Assembly (NCBI GenBank): GCA_900088475.1 | Contig: FLMG01003815.1 | Location: 68,205 to 132,204 of the forward strand | Origin: Hyphochytrium catenoides | Lineage: Eukaryota > Protista > Hyphochytriomycota | Reading direction: 5' to 3' | Length of the DNA stretch: 64,000 nucleotides | Part shown: one piece after another, positions 50,001-62,065 of the stretch | How the letters are laid out: every line of letters starts with the position of its first letter | Position numbering within the stretch: the first letter of the stretch is position 1 | Translations under genes and position numbers: made by a program | The notes under the pieces: model-generated | The model's database searches: none | Told to the model about the DNA's origin: nothing | What the model saw: the letters and a program-made list of their open reading frames with translations, nothing else

Positions 50001-50842
50001 ACAAACTCTACGTCAACGTCCCTGGGTGTCCCATCTGGGTTAGCCATGCCTTTCTTTGTGACAATGATGGGTCCTACAAGCCCAAGATTGGTCCATTGAG
50101 CTAGTCTGCGAGCCGGTCGGTAGAGCCACATCATCGAGGAAGCACTAGATTCTCCAGATGGGGCAGCGATGCTGTCTGCTCTCCAAAGGTATCGTGCCTT
50201 ATCGCCAGATTTTACGGAGCGAGGGACTGCGAGTTCTTGAGCGTCTTTACCAGAAGTGATGGGTGTGAGTCCCATTGGTTTGATGCTCACACGCTCTCTA
50301 GCCTTGTTTTTGAAGATAATCTCTGCCGTGTCGCCCTCCTCAAGATGAATAACGGGACCTACGATGAAGCATAATACCAACAGAGGAGGCGTCCAGGAAA
50401 GCGACAAAGCGTTAGTCATGAACGAGCTCCACACTGATCAGTTCACCTATAGCAGGGAGAAGAACAAGGGCAGGTCATAGCTTGGCTTACCTACGAGCCC
50501 AAGATGTCTCCACTGTGGAGGCTGCTCTACCATGGTCTCGAAGGAATCATCGGTAAAAGCGCGATAGACGATCTTGGTATAGACTGACCCGATACGAAGA
50601 CCAGGAGCGGGAGAGACGAAAAGATCTTCTTCGGGAGAGAGCGGTGCATTCTTGCACATATTACGCTTTTCAGGTGCATAGTCCCAGTCCAGCTCTACTG
50701 CTCCTATGTAGAATGTCCTAGTCTGCTGCGCTTCTACCAGGAGAGTCGGGGAGGGCAACAGAGGAAGATGAAGAGCCAAGAAGCCCGTGATGAGCAGCAG
50801 CAGCTCTGCCCCACAGCCCCATCGGCGAGAGGAAAGCGCCAT
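47021..50842 (-). CDS. Six-cupredoxin-domain multicopper oxidase (ceruloplasmin/hephaestin/FOX1-like ferroxidase) with a signal peptide and C-terminal hydrophobic anchor; exons approx. 50842-50491, 50358-49188, 49119-48992, 48885-47021
   Basis: Three repeats of (Y/F)xAxExxxDYxP...GSxYxK...G(L/I)xGP paired with KHxINGxLxC. Copper motifs HTPHWH, HCHVNDHLKAGM, MHPHG, WLYHSH, CQVQDHNLGGM and CDVADHLEAGM. Confidence 0.95.
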
Positions 50843-51086
50843 AGTTTTTCTACTCACACTCTTTCTCTCACACTTCCTTGTTGATCTAGCCGCTGTATGG
50901 CGCGACCCTTGTTGGCGCAGGAGAGGGGAAGTTAGAGAAATGAGGGGGAGGAGGAAGGTGCGCCTACTTCCTGTCGTGGTTCGACTTCTGCTCATGCCAT
51001 GCTTTGCAGAGCTTACTCTAAACAGGTAGTCGAGCGGGCCAGGAGAGTGGAGCTGGAGGGGAAGGGCTAATTGTCAAAGAACAAGA

Positions 51087-51160
51087 GGGGGAGAGACGAA
51101 AGGAGAGAGGAGAGAGGAGCGGAGAGAGAAGAGCAGAGAGAGAAGAGAGGAGAGAGAGAG
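51087..51160 (-). repeat. GA-rich tract (CT on the oxidase sense strand) upstream of the multicopper oxidase
   Basis: Purine-rich agagag/ggagag runs. Confidence 0.85.
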
Positions 51161-51383
51161 GCTGATTCGAAGAAGAAATGGGGAGATTGACGTATTGCCA
51201 AAGAAAGTGAAGGTGGAGGTGCTACCAAGATCCTTACTATATAACCACCGTCCTTGCTTATCATGGAGGAAAGAGACGAAGGTGGGACCTTTGGCTGGCC
51301 TGCATGCCATCCTCCTCTTCCCCTGTTGCCCTTTCAGGTTCCCTGCCGACTTCCTCTCCCAGCGCTGCCTTTCTTTCTCTCTC

Positions 51384-51476
51384 NNNNNNNNNNNNNNNNN
51401 NNNNNNNNNNNNNNNNNNNNNNNNNNNNNNNNNNNNNNNNNNNNNNNNNNNNNNNNNNNNNNNNNNNNNNNNNNNN
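51384..51476. other. Assembly gap flanked by CT repeats
   Basis: Run of n with tctc on both sides, probably an unresolved microsatellite. Confidence 0.95.
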
Positions 51477-52454
51477 TCTCTCTCGCCCCGATGTCGAGAT
51501 GATGACATGACAGCCAAAACCTACACCTGGCACGCCCATCCATCACGGATCTTGGGGCTTGAGCTTGATGCTATCTCCCTTGTAAAAGACAATATATCTC
51601 TTCACTCACATACAGCTTGATCTGTCTCGTAGATATGTCTGCAGATGGCCTTAGCTTAACACTGCGGTTGTCCCAACCTTGAGCTTCTCTCTCACCTTCA
51701 TTCTTCTCAATGTCTCTACGCTCTGTCTTGTATCAGGCGTGGCCTCTGTCTGTCTAGGTTTAGACGATGACTCAGATCCGGGAACTACAAAGTTCCAAGC
51801 AATAAATGCGGGAGCCATTTGTTCTAGATTCGCCATTTTGGCGTGGAAAACAAAGGACCCTGCCCTCTCCATTCCAGGTGACGCCCTCCATGAAGCGCAC
51901 CGCACATGGGAACAACACCACATCCGCCGTCATAATAGCCCTGACAATTACCTCCGTCGTTCCTAAAATGTCTTGTTTTTGCGCTGTAGAACCGGGAACT
52001 TGGATGTTCACCTGTTCTAAATCGAAGGAAGTTGAAGGCAAGAATCAGGAGGAGGAAGTCAGATGAAAAGCTGTCGTGGAAGGGTTGCTAACCAATCATC
52101 TCGGTTTGCACCGTCCTTACAAGGAAATCCCAAGTTCTAAAATGCTCCGCTCCCGCACTTCTAAAGGAATGTGATGATAGGACTCCGCGCCTATAATGCA
52201 CAGGGACATCATCGATTTAGAACTCCTATTTTAACAGCGCTAGTCATTTCCTAAATTTATTCTGGGAGATGTATTGTATGGCCTGAGTAATTCTCAGGGT
52301 GGCGCGGGATTTTGGGTTAGGTTGGAAAGTGGGAGGGGAACTAGGAAGTTCTGGGGTCCTTTCACCTCTTTTGCCTCGCCTTTTATATTATTACTTTCGG
52401 CGTCCGCCATCGCTTTTTCGAAGGTTTGGTCATGTTCCCTAAGAAGATGGCGGC

Positions 52455-52455
<1 letters not shown>

Positions 52456-52489
<34 letters not shown>

Positions 52490-52593
52490 CAGAGAGACAT
52501 CTTGTGTCTCCTCGTATCTTGTGTGCAGGTGGAGGGACTGTGATAGTGACCAGCGGGCAAGGGTTTGGAGACAATTGAAGAAAACAGAAAAAA

Positions 52594-52628
<35 letters not shown>

Positions 52629-52781
52629 AAGAAAGAAAGAGAAGGGGAAAGTGTGGTTAAAGCAAAGCTCTTGTAGCGAGAGTCAATCAGAGAGAGGAGA
52701 GGTAAGCAGCGGTGCTGTCTGGTGCTATTATTCGGAGGGGATACAGAGAGGAAGAGAAGCGAGAGAGGGGGAGGAGGGAGG

Positions 52782-52824
<43 letters not shown>
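52456..52824 (+). repeat. Cluster of (GA)n microsatellites between the oxidase and ZIP genes
   Basis: (GA)n runs at about 52456-52497, 52593-52645 and 52786-52824. Confidence 0.95.
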
Positions 52825-52826
<2 letters not shown>

Positions 52827-53124
52827 CAGAAGCGGTACCTGACTGGTAATAAAGCCTCACGAAGACATGATGACGAGACTCTCCACCTGTTGAGCACCCT
52901 CTTTTGTTTCAACCACCATCATCGCTCACCCTCTCTCTCTTCCTTCCATCTGACCTTCCTTAGAGTCCTGCCTCCCGTGAGCAATTCCAAGCTCATTTCT
53001 CAATCTTCAGGCTGCGTCAATGCAAGCACCGAGGGGGAGAAGCCAATCTTGTTGCTTACCTCTCTTTGTCCCCTCCGAGCTTCATCGCCACTGTTGATCA
53101 TCTACCTCACACAAAGACAGCACG

Positions 53125-54048
53125 ATGGCGGAGGGACTAGCCTTTCAGATCACGTCTATCGTGGTCCTTTTTTTCATTGGCATCATAGGCACTTTGATCC
53201 CCCTCTTCTTCAACAAGAAGATCAGCATTCTGGCGTATCTCAACATCTTTGCCGCTGGTGTCTTCCTTGCCATTGGTCTTATGACCATTCTTCCTGAGGC
53301 TGCCGAGCATCTGGAGATTGCAAGTGAGCAAACCAAGGAGTTCCCGTGGGCTTACTTCCTTACCATCGTGGGATTCTTCATCATCTTCCTCACTGAAGAA
53401 GTGGCGCATGTGTACTATAGAAAGGCCTTCGGACGCTCTTCTCATGATGACCTGGAGAGCCCAGTACCTGGACAAACCGAGTTCGTGCAGTCTGCGGATG
53501 TGCGGATGTCAGAGAAGCGCGATGGACAGGTGGCTCCTATGACAAGTGAAGAGCATCACTCTCTCCTGGCTGCTATTGTGCTGCTTCTGGCGCTCTCCAT
53601 CCACGAGGTTCTGGAAGGTTTCTCTATTGGAGCCATGGAGAATGCATGGGGATTGCTGGTCGCCCTAATCTTCCATAAAACCGTAGAGAGTTTGGCGCTT
53701 GGTGCTGCTTTTGTTAGGGCCAACATCAACCGTAGAGCATTCTTCGCTATCATCTTCGTGTACTCTCTGATGCTGCCTTTGGGCATTGGGCTCGGTATCG
53801 CTAGTCAGCAGGAGGGTACCACCCTTACGGGTGTCCTTCTCGCTCTGTCCGCAGGCTCATTTCTCTACATCTCAACTGCGGAAATTATTCCAGAGGAGTT
53901 CCATATCAAGCACCAGAAGGACAGGGCTATCCGCTATCTGTTCCTTTTTGGTGGCACCGTGGTCATGTCCGTGATGATCTTGCTGGAGGAGATTGCTGAG
54001 CTTGCGACGGAGGATGAGGAGCTGCAAGGTACAGGAATGGAGTTCTAG
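53125..54048 (+). CDS. ZIP-family (Zrt/Irt-like) divalent metal transporter, intronless, 307 aa
   Basis: About 8 TM helices; NIFAAGVFLAIGLMTILPEA; variable loop with SSHDD/EEHHS; TM4 LSIHEVLEG; TM5 FHKTVESLALG; SAGSFLYISTAEIIPEEF. Confidence 0.95.
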   Translation: MAEGLAFQITSIVVLFFIGIIGTLIPLFFNKKISILAYLNIFAAGVFLAIGLMTILPEAAEHLEIASEQTKEFPWAYFLTIVGFFIIFLTEEVAHVYYRKAFGRSSHDDLESPVPGQTEFVQSADVRMSEKRDGQVAPMTSEEHHSLLAAIVLLLALSIHEVLEGFSIGAMENAWGLLVALIFHKTVESLALGAAFVRANINRRAFFAIIFVYSLMLPLGIGLGIASQQEGTTLTGVLLALSAGSFLYISTAEIIPEEFHIKHQKDRAIRYLFLFGGTVVMSVMILLEEIAELATEDEELQGTGMEF

Positions 54049-56540
54049 AACTCTTCCGTGATGAGGAAGGAAGGACTATGTATTGCCCTTTGTCAGGGCC
54101 TTCACTTTACTTTACGCTGCAGGGTCTGCAATGGTCCAGACCATTAATGAGTATGTTTGTAACAGCTAAATAACATATATTCCACCAAGAAACCTTGGGG
54201 ACTGAGCTCTTGATGCAGCTGTCCTAACAATTTGTTGCCTACGCGATGTCTCGCTCTCTTGAATTGATGATGTGCTAGCCCAGCTAGAGCTCACAAGCCA
54301 TTAATACTACGCTAATAATTGGCAACAAATAATATGTGTTAATGCAAGAAATCTTAGTCCATTCCCCGTCATCAGTGCCTCGTAAGACGACAGACAACGA
54401 CATACACTTATGAGAAGAGCTGAGAAGATTGACAACGACATGTAGACACCTGTATAAACTGAGAGTCTGATAAAGCATACTGACGGAGAAGTTGTTTTTA
54501 CCGAAAGAGTAAACAACACGTAGGGCAGAAACGACAACAAGAAGAGAGGTAAAAAGCATCCAAACCATTTCTTCTTCTCTCCTCTCACTCCATTTGACCT
54601 CTGACCGTGCCTGAGTATGCTCAACGTCTCTTGGCTTGAAGTAACCCAGATATGGCCACTTTTCTGAGGTATCCACTGGCCAAAGATGTTCAATCGGGGA
54701 AATCCTTCTCCTCCGCAGAAATGAGGAGACTTCCAGGAAGGTCAACTTTGACTTGGGGAGCACTTCATCCGATCTCCTATCTGCCAGATAGCATCATGGT
54801 GACTTATGAAACTGTTGCAAGCTGGTCTTCATAGCATCTTAAAACGTCATCAGAAAGAAGACTTCACCTATCCTTGGGGGTGCTTCCCCTCTAATGATCA
54901 AAGAGCAGAATCCCAATAGGGTTAGAGCCACCACCTTCGTAGAGAAAGCCTGAGAGTAGGTCTTATGGCACTTGGGATCAAAGCAAGAGCCACGCAGTAT
55001 CGGCTACTGACCGTACCAGGACAGAGTTGTTAGTGCCCAAAGTTTAGTTCTGCTGCAAGTAACGCGACGGACGCCATAGAAGAATGGCTAACGGCCAACA
55101 ACGTTTCGACACGGCTGGACCATGAAGTTTGGCATTGTGCGGTTTCTTCGGTTCCGAAAGTGGAGACTATGTCGACTCGCAGCATGTCGTCACGCCCCAA
55201 TAACCATGTGAAGAAGTTAAAAGTCACACGAAGGCATCAGGATGAGGGTAGTTGCCTCAAGCACAGGCAAAAGCATTGTCCATCACGCTGATCTCACTAC
55301 TCTTCCGTTGTCTGCAATATGCGCTACTGAAGGTAATAATGGAAAAGGTAATATCTTCCTGCGAAAGTCTGATCACTTCAAAAAGAGCCCAGCGAAAACA
55401 TCGCATGGGTTGAGGCTCGAGATAGCAGTGATACGATCCGCCTCACTTGGTTACTGTCACTTCGACAAAGGACTGCAGATCCACTGGGGAAGGATGGGCT
55501 CTGAAGAAGTCTACTACTCTGTGCAGGACATGGACCCTGGGCCACCACTTCTTCCCGGTCAAGGATCCGAACTTATGCCACGATCGTAGTGATGGGGACC
55601 CATCCTTGGGGACTGAAGACCGGAAACCATGACGCGATCGCCGGGAGGCCTTCTCTCCTGGGACAGCAACCTTGACAGGCTTTGGAGCCCTCGATTACTC
55701 CTGCCTGCAGCTTGGGGCGTCGCCCCCACCCCATTTCCAACTGGCTCTTCTTTTGAATGTTAAATCGTCCTCTTCATCTTCCACCCACACCACCAACCTT
55801 CCAGTCTAGACGACTGGAAGGTTCCTTGGTTGGCCAACAACAACCATTAATATCTATAGGTGGCTTGTCTCCTGCAGTCGCGCGACACTACGAATCATCT
55901 GCGGCAACACCGGTACAGCGCGCCTCTCCCCTTTAACCTAACACGACGGGTGCAGCAGGTAACAGTAACGGTAAAGTGTCCATGATGGGCTTCAGGTGTC
56001 AGATAGATAGAGACAGAGTTAGGAGGGCCCTGTGTTAATGGACGGGGACGGGGACTGCGATATATTCCTATCATCGGCCTAAGACCCGCTCGGCCAATCA
56101 CAGCTCATCCAGCAGCGAGACTGGTCAGTCAACACTGTTCGGACGTATTATGGATAAACAAACCGTTAATCCTCTGTAAATTGAATCAGCCTGATAATAC
56201 GGTCAGATTGAGGAAGCGCAATCCATCATTGAACTGGTCCAGTCCAAGAGTGTGGAGCTAGCTTGGGGGCAGCAACAGAGCACTATGCATCTTCATGGAA
56301 TGGAGAAGAAGATTGATAGCTCTTTCATTGAGCGAAGCCCATCAGCCCTACCTGGCCTCCTGAAGTGAGCTCTTTCTTTGTGGGCCCAGGGAGTGCCGCG
56401 TTAGTGGCGCTCTAGCATGCGCCTTTGGCTGTAATAACTCCCACCACGCTGGCGTTGAGTCAAGGCATACACCGTTATCTCCGGCATGGCAGAACAAGAG
56501 AGCAGGGTGATGGAGCAGGCCCATTGAGACGTAAACAGTC

Positions 56541-58164
56541 ATGTGGTCCTGGGTCTCTCAGCCTGCCAAAAAGCCTCGCGAACCAAAGCTAGCTACGGGC
56601 GACGAGGAACAGGTACACCTCCTCAGAGAGACGCTCCTTGACGAGGATCAGAGCGCGCCATCTGCGGCAAATGGGGTTCAACGGCCGACCAATACCTCAT
56701 GGTGCTCTCAGAATTTATCTCGAAGGTTCGGGAGCGCCCGGGACGACCTAAAGCTCCTGCCCATGCCGCTTATCATCCTCTATCTCCTGAACGGCCTATA
56801 CCAGTCATTCCCAATGACAGCCTATGGGTAAGTCCACATCGGGTGAGATCCGCCCATTGAGTGTTAACATCATTACTGCCTTTTGTCTTAGGTCTCTCCT
56901 CTTTGAAGATCTGAAGATGGACCCTGCAACGACAACTATCTTTTATGCAGTTACTTTTATTCCTTGGTACTGCAAGCCACTCTACGGCTGGCTATCTGAT
57001 AACTTTCCTATCTGTGGACTGAGACGAAGGCCATACATCATAATTTCTGAGCTTGTGGCGATGTGTATGTACGGAGTGACTGCACTATTTATTCATTCGG
57101 TCCCTGGGATCTATGCAGTTACAATGCTGCGGGCTACTGCCAACGCCTTTTCAGAGCTGATGCTTGGTGCCATCCTGGCTGACATCGTGAGCCATAGCAG
57201 GGAGAAAGCGGGAGCGGTCCAAGCCGTTGCCAGTAGCGCGAGGGCCTTCTCAAGCATTATCGCGTTTTCGTTGGGCATTCCAGTGTACAGCCATAACGTG
57301 AGCCCTAGGCTCATAATTCTTCTTACAGCTACGGGGCCCCTTGCGGCCGCCTTTACGGCACTCTGGCTAGAAGATTACCCTGTGATGAAGGTACGCAGCG
57401 ACCAAGGGAACAGAGTACGGGCTACAGCTTTATCCAGACAATGGACTGTCTGGAAGCCTATCGTACTGCCACTTCTTTTCCTCTTTCTCTACAATGCAAC
57501 TCCTACTGCCAGTTCAGCTTGGTTTCAGTACACATATAGTCTCTTCAAAGATGACAAAGCGTGCCTACAATACTCGCTTCTTGTCTCGTCCCTTGCCAAA
57601 TTTTTGGCTTGCATGGCGTACGGTATTGGTTGCACGCAGCGGCCCATACACTGGGTTTTTGTCACTACCACGGTGCTCGCCTGTCTGGCGACTCTCCCCG
57701 AATTGCTCCTGGTGCCACCGGTTCGCGATCTGGGTCTAGGAGTCTGTCTCCTAAATACACTGGAAACCTTTATATCATCATTTGCTGGGGAGCTAGCTTT
57801 TCTGCCTCTGCTGGTGCTTGCAACAGCCAACTGTCCCTACGGCCGTGAAGGGCTGGCCTACTCCATCTATCTCTCTGTAATAAATCTGGGGGATGTGGTC
57901 AGCGGGCTACTCTCAGCTCCTCTTATTAAAGCATTAGGCATTCAGACAGATGGTAGTGGGCAACAACACTGGGAACATTTAGGAGCACTCATTGTTATCT
58001 GCGTGGCCTGCCAAGTTCTGGTTCTGCTGTTCATTCCACTCTGTGGGATCAACAAAAGTATCCAGCTCTTAGGACCTCAGTTTGACGCAGACAGTCTACC
58101 GATAGAAAGGAAAATTGGCCAGAAGAGCAAGGGAGCGAGCAACGGTGCTATCCTAAAGTGCTAG
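56541..58164 (+). CDS. Folate-biopterin transporter (BT1/FBT family, MFS); exons 56541-56827 and 56892-58164
   Basis: IPWYCKPLYGWLSDNFPICGLRRRPY; FLFLYNATPT; LAFLPLLVLATANCPYGREGLAYSIYLSVINLG; about 12 TMs. Confidence 0.93.
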
Positions 58165-58346
58165 CCCGTACGGACGTCAGAAGGCTGAGTTATGGCCACC
58201 AGGTTGTTTCCATTTTTCCTCGACATTGCCCCATCAGAGACCAGAGACCAAGTCGCAGGTGCTTTGAAGGTCGAGGGGTTCATGGTTGTAAGGGCAGAGC
58301 TGCGATAGTGTACATTCCCTTTTGTTATGTATAATAGAAGAAATCA

Positions 58347-61341
58347 TCATCTCTTGTGAGAATATTCAAACCCATGGAAAGGATTCTCACGCATCTGTGT
58401 GTCCACAGTTAGAGACATTCTTGGCAACTTCTTCTGAGGTGCCCCTGCCCCTTTCTCTTCCTTCTGCTCCGGTATTGAGGGCTCCGCCTCGTCGTCTGAA
58501 TTTGTGAGGGATGCCTCTGCATACTTGAAAAAGTGGCGGGTGTCTGTGCTGCTCTTTAACTGGGGGATGAAGGGAGGCTGCATGTTCCGGACGAGACCAA
58601 AGTTCACATCTTTAAAGAAAGGGTGACGCTTGATGGCATAAGGAGTTTGAAGCCGGTTCTTGATATCCTATGGATAGCAGTGGCAGATTGGAGATGTAGA
58701 ACAAGAAGTTGATAAGTGACACCGGAATGCTTGTACGCTTTCCCAGACAAACAAAAGGTGGCCAAGGAAGAGCAAGGCCGACAAAGGCAATTTCTTCTAC
58801 ACAACCAAGTTGAAGACAAAGGCAACCCTTGGACACGAGCAGAAAGTAGGAGCCTGACTTGCTAGTAGTTGTCGCACCTTTGCCAGAAGCAGAGAAATAA
58901 GGTTTTTGAGCTCGTGGGACAGCTCCACGTCCTCGGGAAATGATAGATCTCCATCAACGATGCGCCCAAAGGTATCCATCTGTGAGATAGGACCAAAGAG
59001 TTAATTTGTTACTGGCGAGCACTAAAAAGATTGGGACGTGCGACGGACCTGGTCAACACCTTTGAAAGGTGTGGTACCGACAACCATTTCGTACAGCAGC
59101 ACTCCTATGAAGGAGAAAGGGCGCAGTGTGGCTTAGCTTCCTAGAGATAGTGAAAAGAAGGACTCCGTGAAGCAGCACAGGGAGCGAAGTGGCAGAGTGA
59201 CAAGCAAAACAAGCTCCGGGCAAAAATGGGGCTTGTGGGCAGAACTAAAGGTAAAGGCTCTTATGTGCACGACAGAAGCTCAACAGGAGATGACTTTAAG
59301 CCGTCTCACCGTAAGTCCACCAGTCGACAGTCCCTGAACAAGAGCCACCGGTAATGATCTGTCCAAAGGATTAAGCGTATTAGCTAAACTCTTCCGCCAT
59401 AACATGCGCTGACAGCACTGACTTATAGGAGGCATGGTCATGGCCGATGATTAACCAAAGTGTCACAGACAGGCGGCAGCGAAAAAGAGAGGACGAGATC
59501 AGAGTCATCCTCTCTTCCTACCTCTGGCGCTATGTACTCCACTGTTCCAACAAATGACTTTGATCTCTTTACTGCCTGGAGATGTGACTCCGTGTCAAAG
59601 GCCGGGAAATCGATGATGTCTTTCTTCTTCTTCCAGGGAAAGCTGCACAAGCAACACAGGACCCTTTGACTTGACGGTCCGCTCGAGCAGTCAGAGGTAG
59701 TCATGGGAAGCGGTTGCGGGGGCCTTCAGCATGCATAAGGAGGAGGTGCATCAAAGAAGGCGTCAAAGAAGTGCCAGAAAAGCCGAGGTAAAAGGTATAG
59801 GGCAGCGAAGGGAGAGAGGATTGACGGTGGACACGACGGTGGAATTGGCATTTTAAACTTGGCTAGATAAAAAGGAAGAGGATACCAGTCGAACAAGGGC
59901 TGAGGCGAAGAGGAAGCTGCAGCCCCCAGCAACTAGGATGACCTCGAATAGAGGTTCTACGAGAAGACAACGGAAGTAACTCCTTCTCGAGAAGACTCAA
60001 GCAGGGTGACGTCTACCTTACCCGCATAACGAACCGTTCCGGACGAAGAGCTCTTTCATACTGGCGCGCGGCGAGCGTGCCATGGTAGCACCTCTCTCTC
60101 CTTGTGCTTTCGAGAGATCAAAGTCCGTCAACATGATGTGCCCTGCCGTCGTTATCAGAATGTTCTCCGGCTTTAAATCTACGATACGTTGCGGACGAGA
60201 TCAGACCTGGCTCAAGAAAAGGAATGGAGCACAGCTTACCCCGATAAACGAAGCCCATAAAGTGGACATATTCTAGGGCCACCAGCACTTGAGCTGCGTA
60301 GAAAACGGCATCTTGCTCCTGTGACAGAGATATGTGAACCACGCTCTCCTTTCCCTCTGTGGCCGAACCACAGCTACTCTACGTTCCCTCCCTCTTTGCA
60401 CCACCACGAGCATATTCCCTTATGGAAGGATTCCCTTAGTTCTTGTCTCTCAGCAGTGTTCGTCTCTGCTGTCCGTCCAGGTCATTTCTGCATGCAAACA
60501 TACCTTGAGCCTGGAGTTGGGTTGTGACTTAAGGAACTTGAACAGCTCGCCTCCCGGAGCATAAGACATGATGAAGTAGAGTCTTTTCTCCGTCTGGAAG
60601 CTATAATATAGCTTCACAATTAGCGGATGATCAGCGTTCTTTAGGAAGTCCAGCTCAGTCATTACACGATTGACCTTGACATGGATGGTGGTATTTGGAA
60701 GGGGCGGACAAGGCAGGCGCTTGTTGAGCACTAAGGCATGAGGGAGTAGTAGACTGGTTCAGCAAGACGGAGAGGAACACACGCACTGGACCCAACATAA
60801 TCGAAAGCAGCAACGGCACAATGAAGGTTTATAGGAAAGGGACAAGCTTGACTTGATAGGAAAGAACTGAGTCCGGGGGCAGCAGCAGCTTGTCCCGAAG
60901 TAGCAAGCTTATTTGCACCTTCTTCCTAGCTATGATGCTGGCTTTGTCCACAGTCTTCATAGCGTAGAGCTCCCCATCCTTAGAGTTCTGTCACAAAACG
61001 AGTGTTAGTTGCCCCTACAATTCGGAGACACTGCACCACGACGTCACCTTCTTTCTGACAAGGTAGACCTTCCCTGTGTCTCCTCGGCCAAGCAGCTTCA
61101 GTTTCTCGAAGTCTTTTGGAGTTAGCTCTACATTATCCCTACGTCCTGCTAATACTTCGGCTGTGTTTGTCTCAGACGGCACTAGAGATGTGTCGGAAAG
61201 ATTCTCACTGCCAGCTTCATAGCGCGGTGCAGTTACCCCTTCTGCCTGTACGGCTGATGCCGATTGATTTGTGATGGAGGCACTGCCATCATTAAGCGTA
61301 AGTTGACTGGTGGAGGAAGAAGAGCTGCTATCCACATTCAT
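58347..61341 (-). CDS. AGC Ser/Thr kinase with a DFD motif (AGCVIII / Fpk1 / nrc-2-like), multi-exon
   Basis: [19 protein letters not shown]; LYAMK; [14 protein letters not shown]; [27 protein letters not shown]; [11 protein letters not shown]; [14 protein letters not shown]; VDWWT; GTTPFKG; PPFIP; C-terminal FHGFEY. Confidence 0.92.
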
Positions 61342-61868
61342 CTTTATCTGAAGAGTTCTCACGGGAGAAAAGAGAGTACCTCTCCGCGATGGCTGGCTTT
61401 ATCCGTAATGGCTTCGATGATGTTACTGATTCAACAGTGCTTCCTCCACTGTAGCAGTGAGGATGATTACCTCCATCGCTCCCTTCAACAGGTGGGCAAG
61501 CGCAAACATCGCTCACACCTCGGTACTGTCTCTCTCAGTTCCTCTACACAGAAGCCATAGTCTAGATCTGTTCGAACTCTTCAAAGGGCAGCCAGCAGAT
61601 AACGATACTCGATGGGATGGACAACAGAGAGAGGGAAGAGAAGCCGCCGCCAGATGGACGAACAAAGAGACAGGAGGCATGGAGAAGCCGGACACACATA
61701 GAACGAGAAGCATGCAGCAGGTACTCGATCGAGAGGTTGAGTGGGCCTGATGTGAGCCAGGCAGCATCGTGCAAGCATGAAGAGACAAATCAATGATGGG
61801 ATAAGAAAAGGGCGAGGGTTAGAAGAAAGAGATGAGTCCAATGTGGCGGACAGAAAGGAAGAGGTTAT

Positions 61869-61971
61869 AGAGAGAGAGAGAGAGAGGAAGCAGCACAAAA
61901 TTGAATGGAAAGAGAGGGGCAAGGGGAAAGAGAGAGAGAGAGAGGGAGAGAGAGAGAAAGAGAGAGAGAAG

Positions 61972-62007
<36 letters not shown>

Positions 62008-62019
62008 GAAAGAGAGAGG

Positions 62020-62065
<46 letters not shown>

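Noticed and set aside
54284-55632. Hydrophobic ORFs 54284-54763 and ORF 55242-55589
   Set aside because: No family signature or consistent gene model; at most relics.
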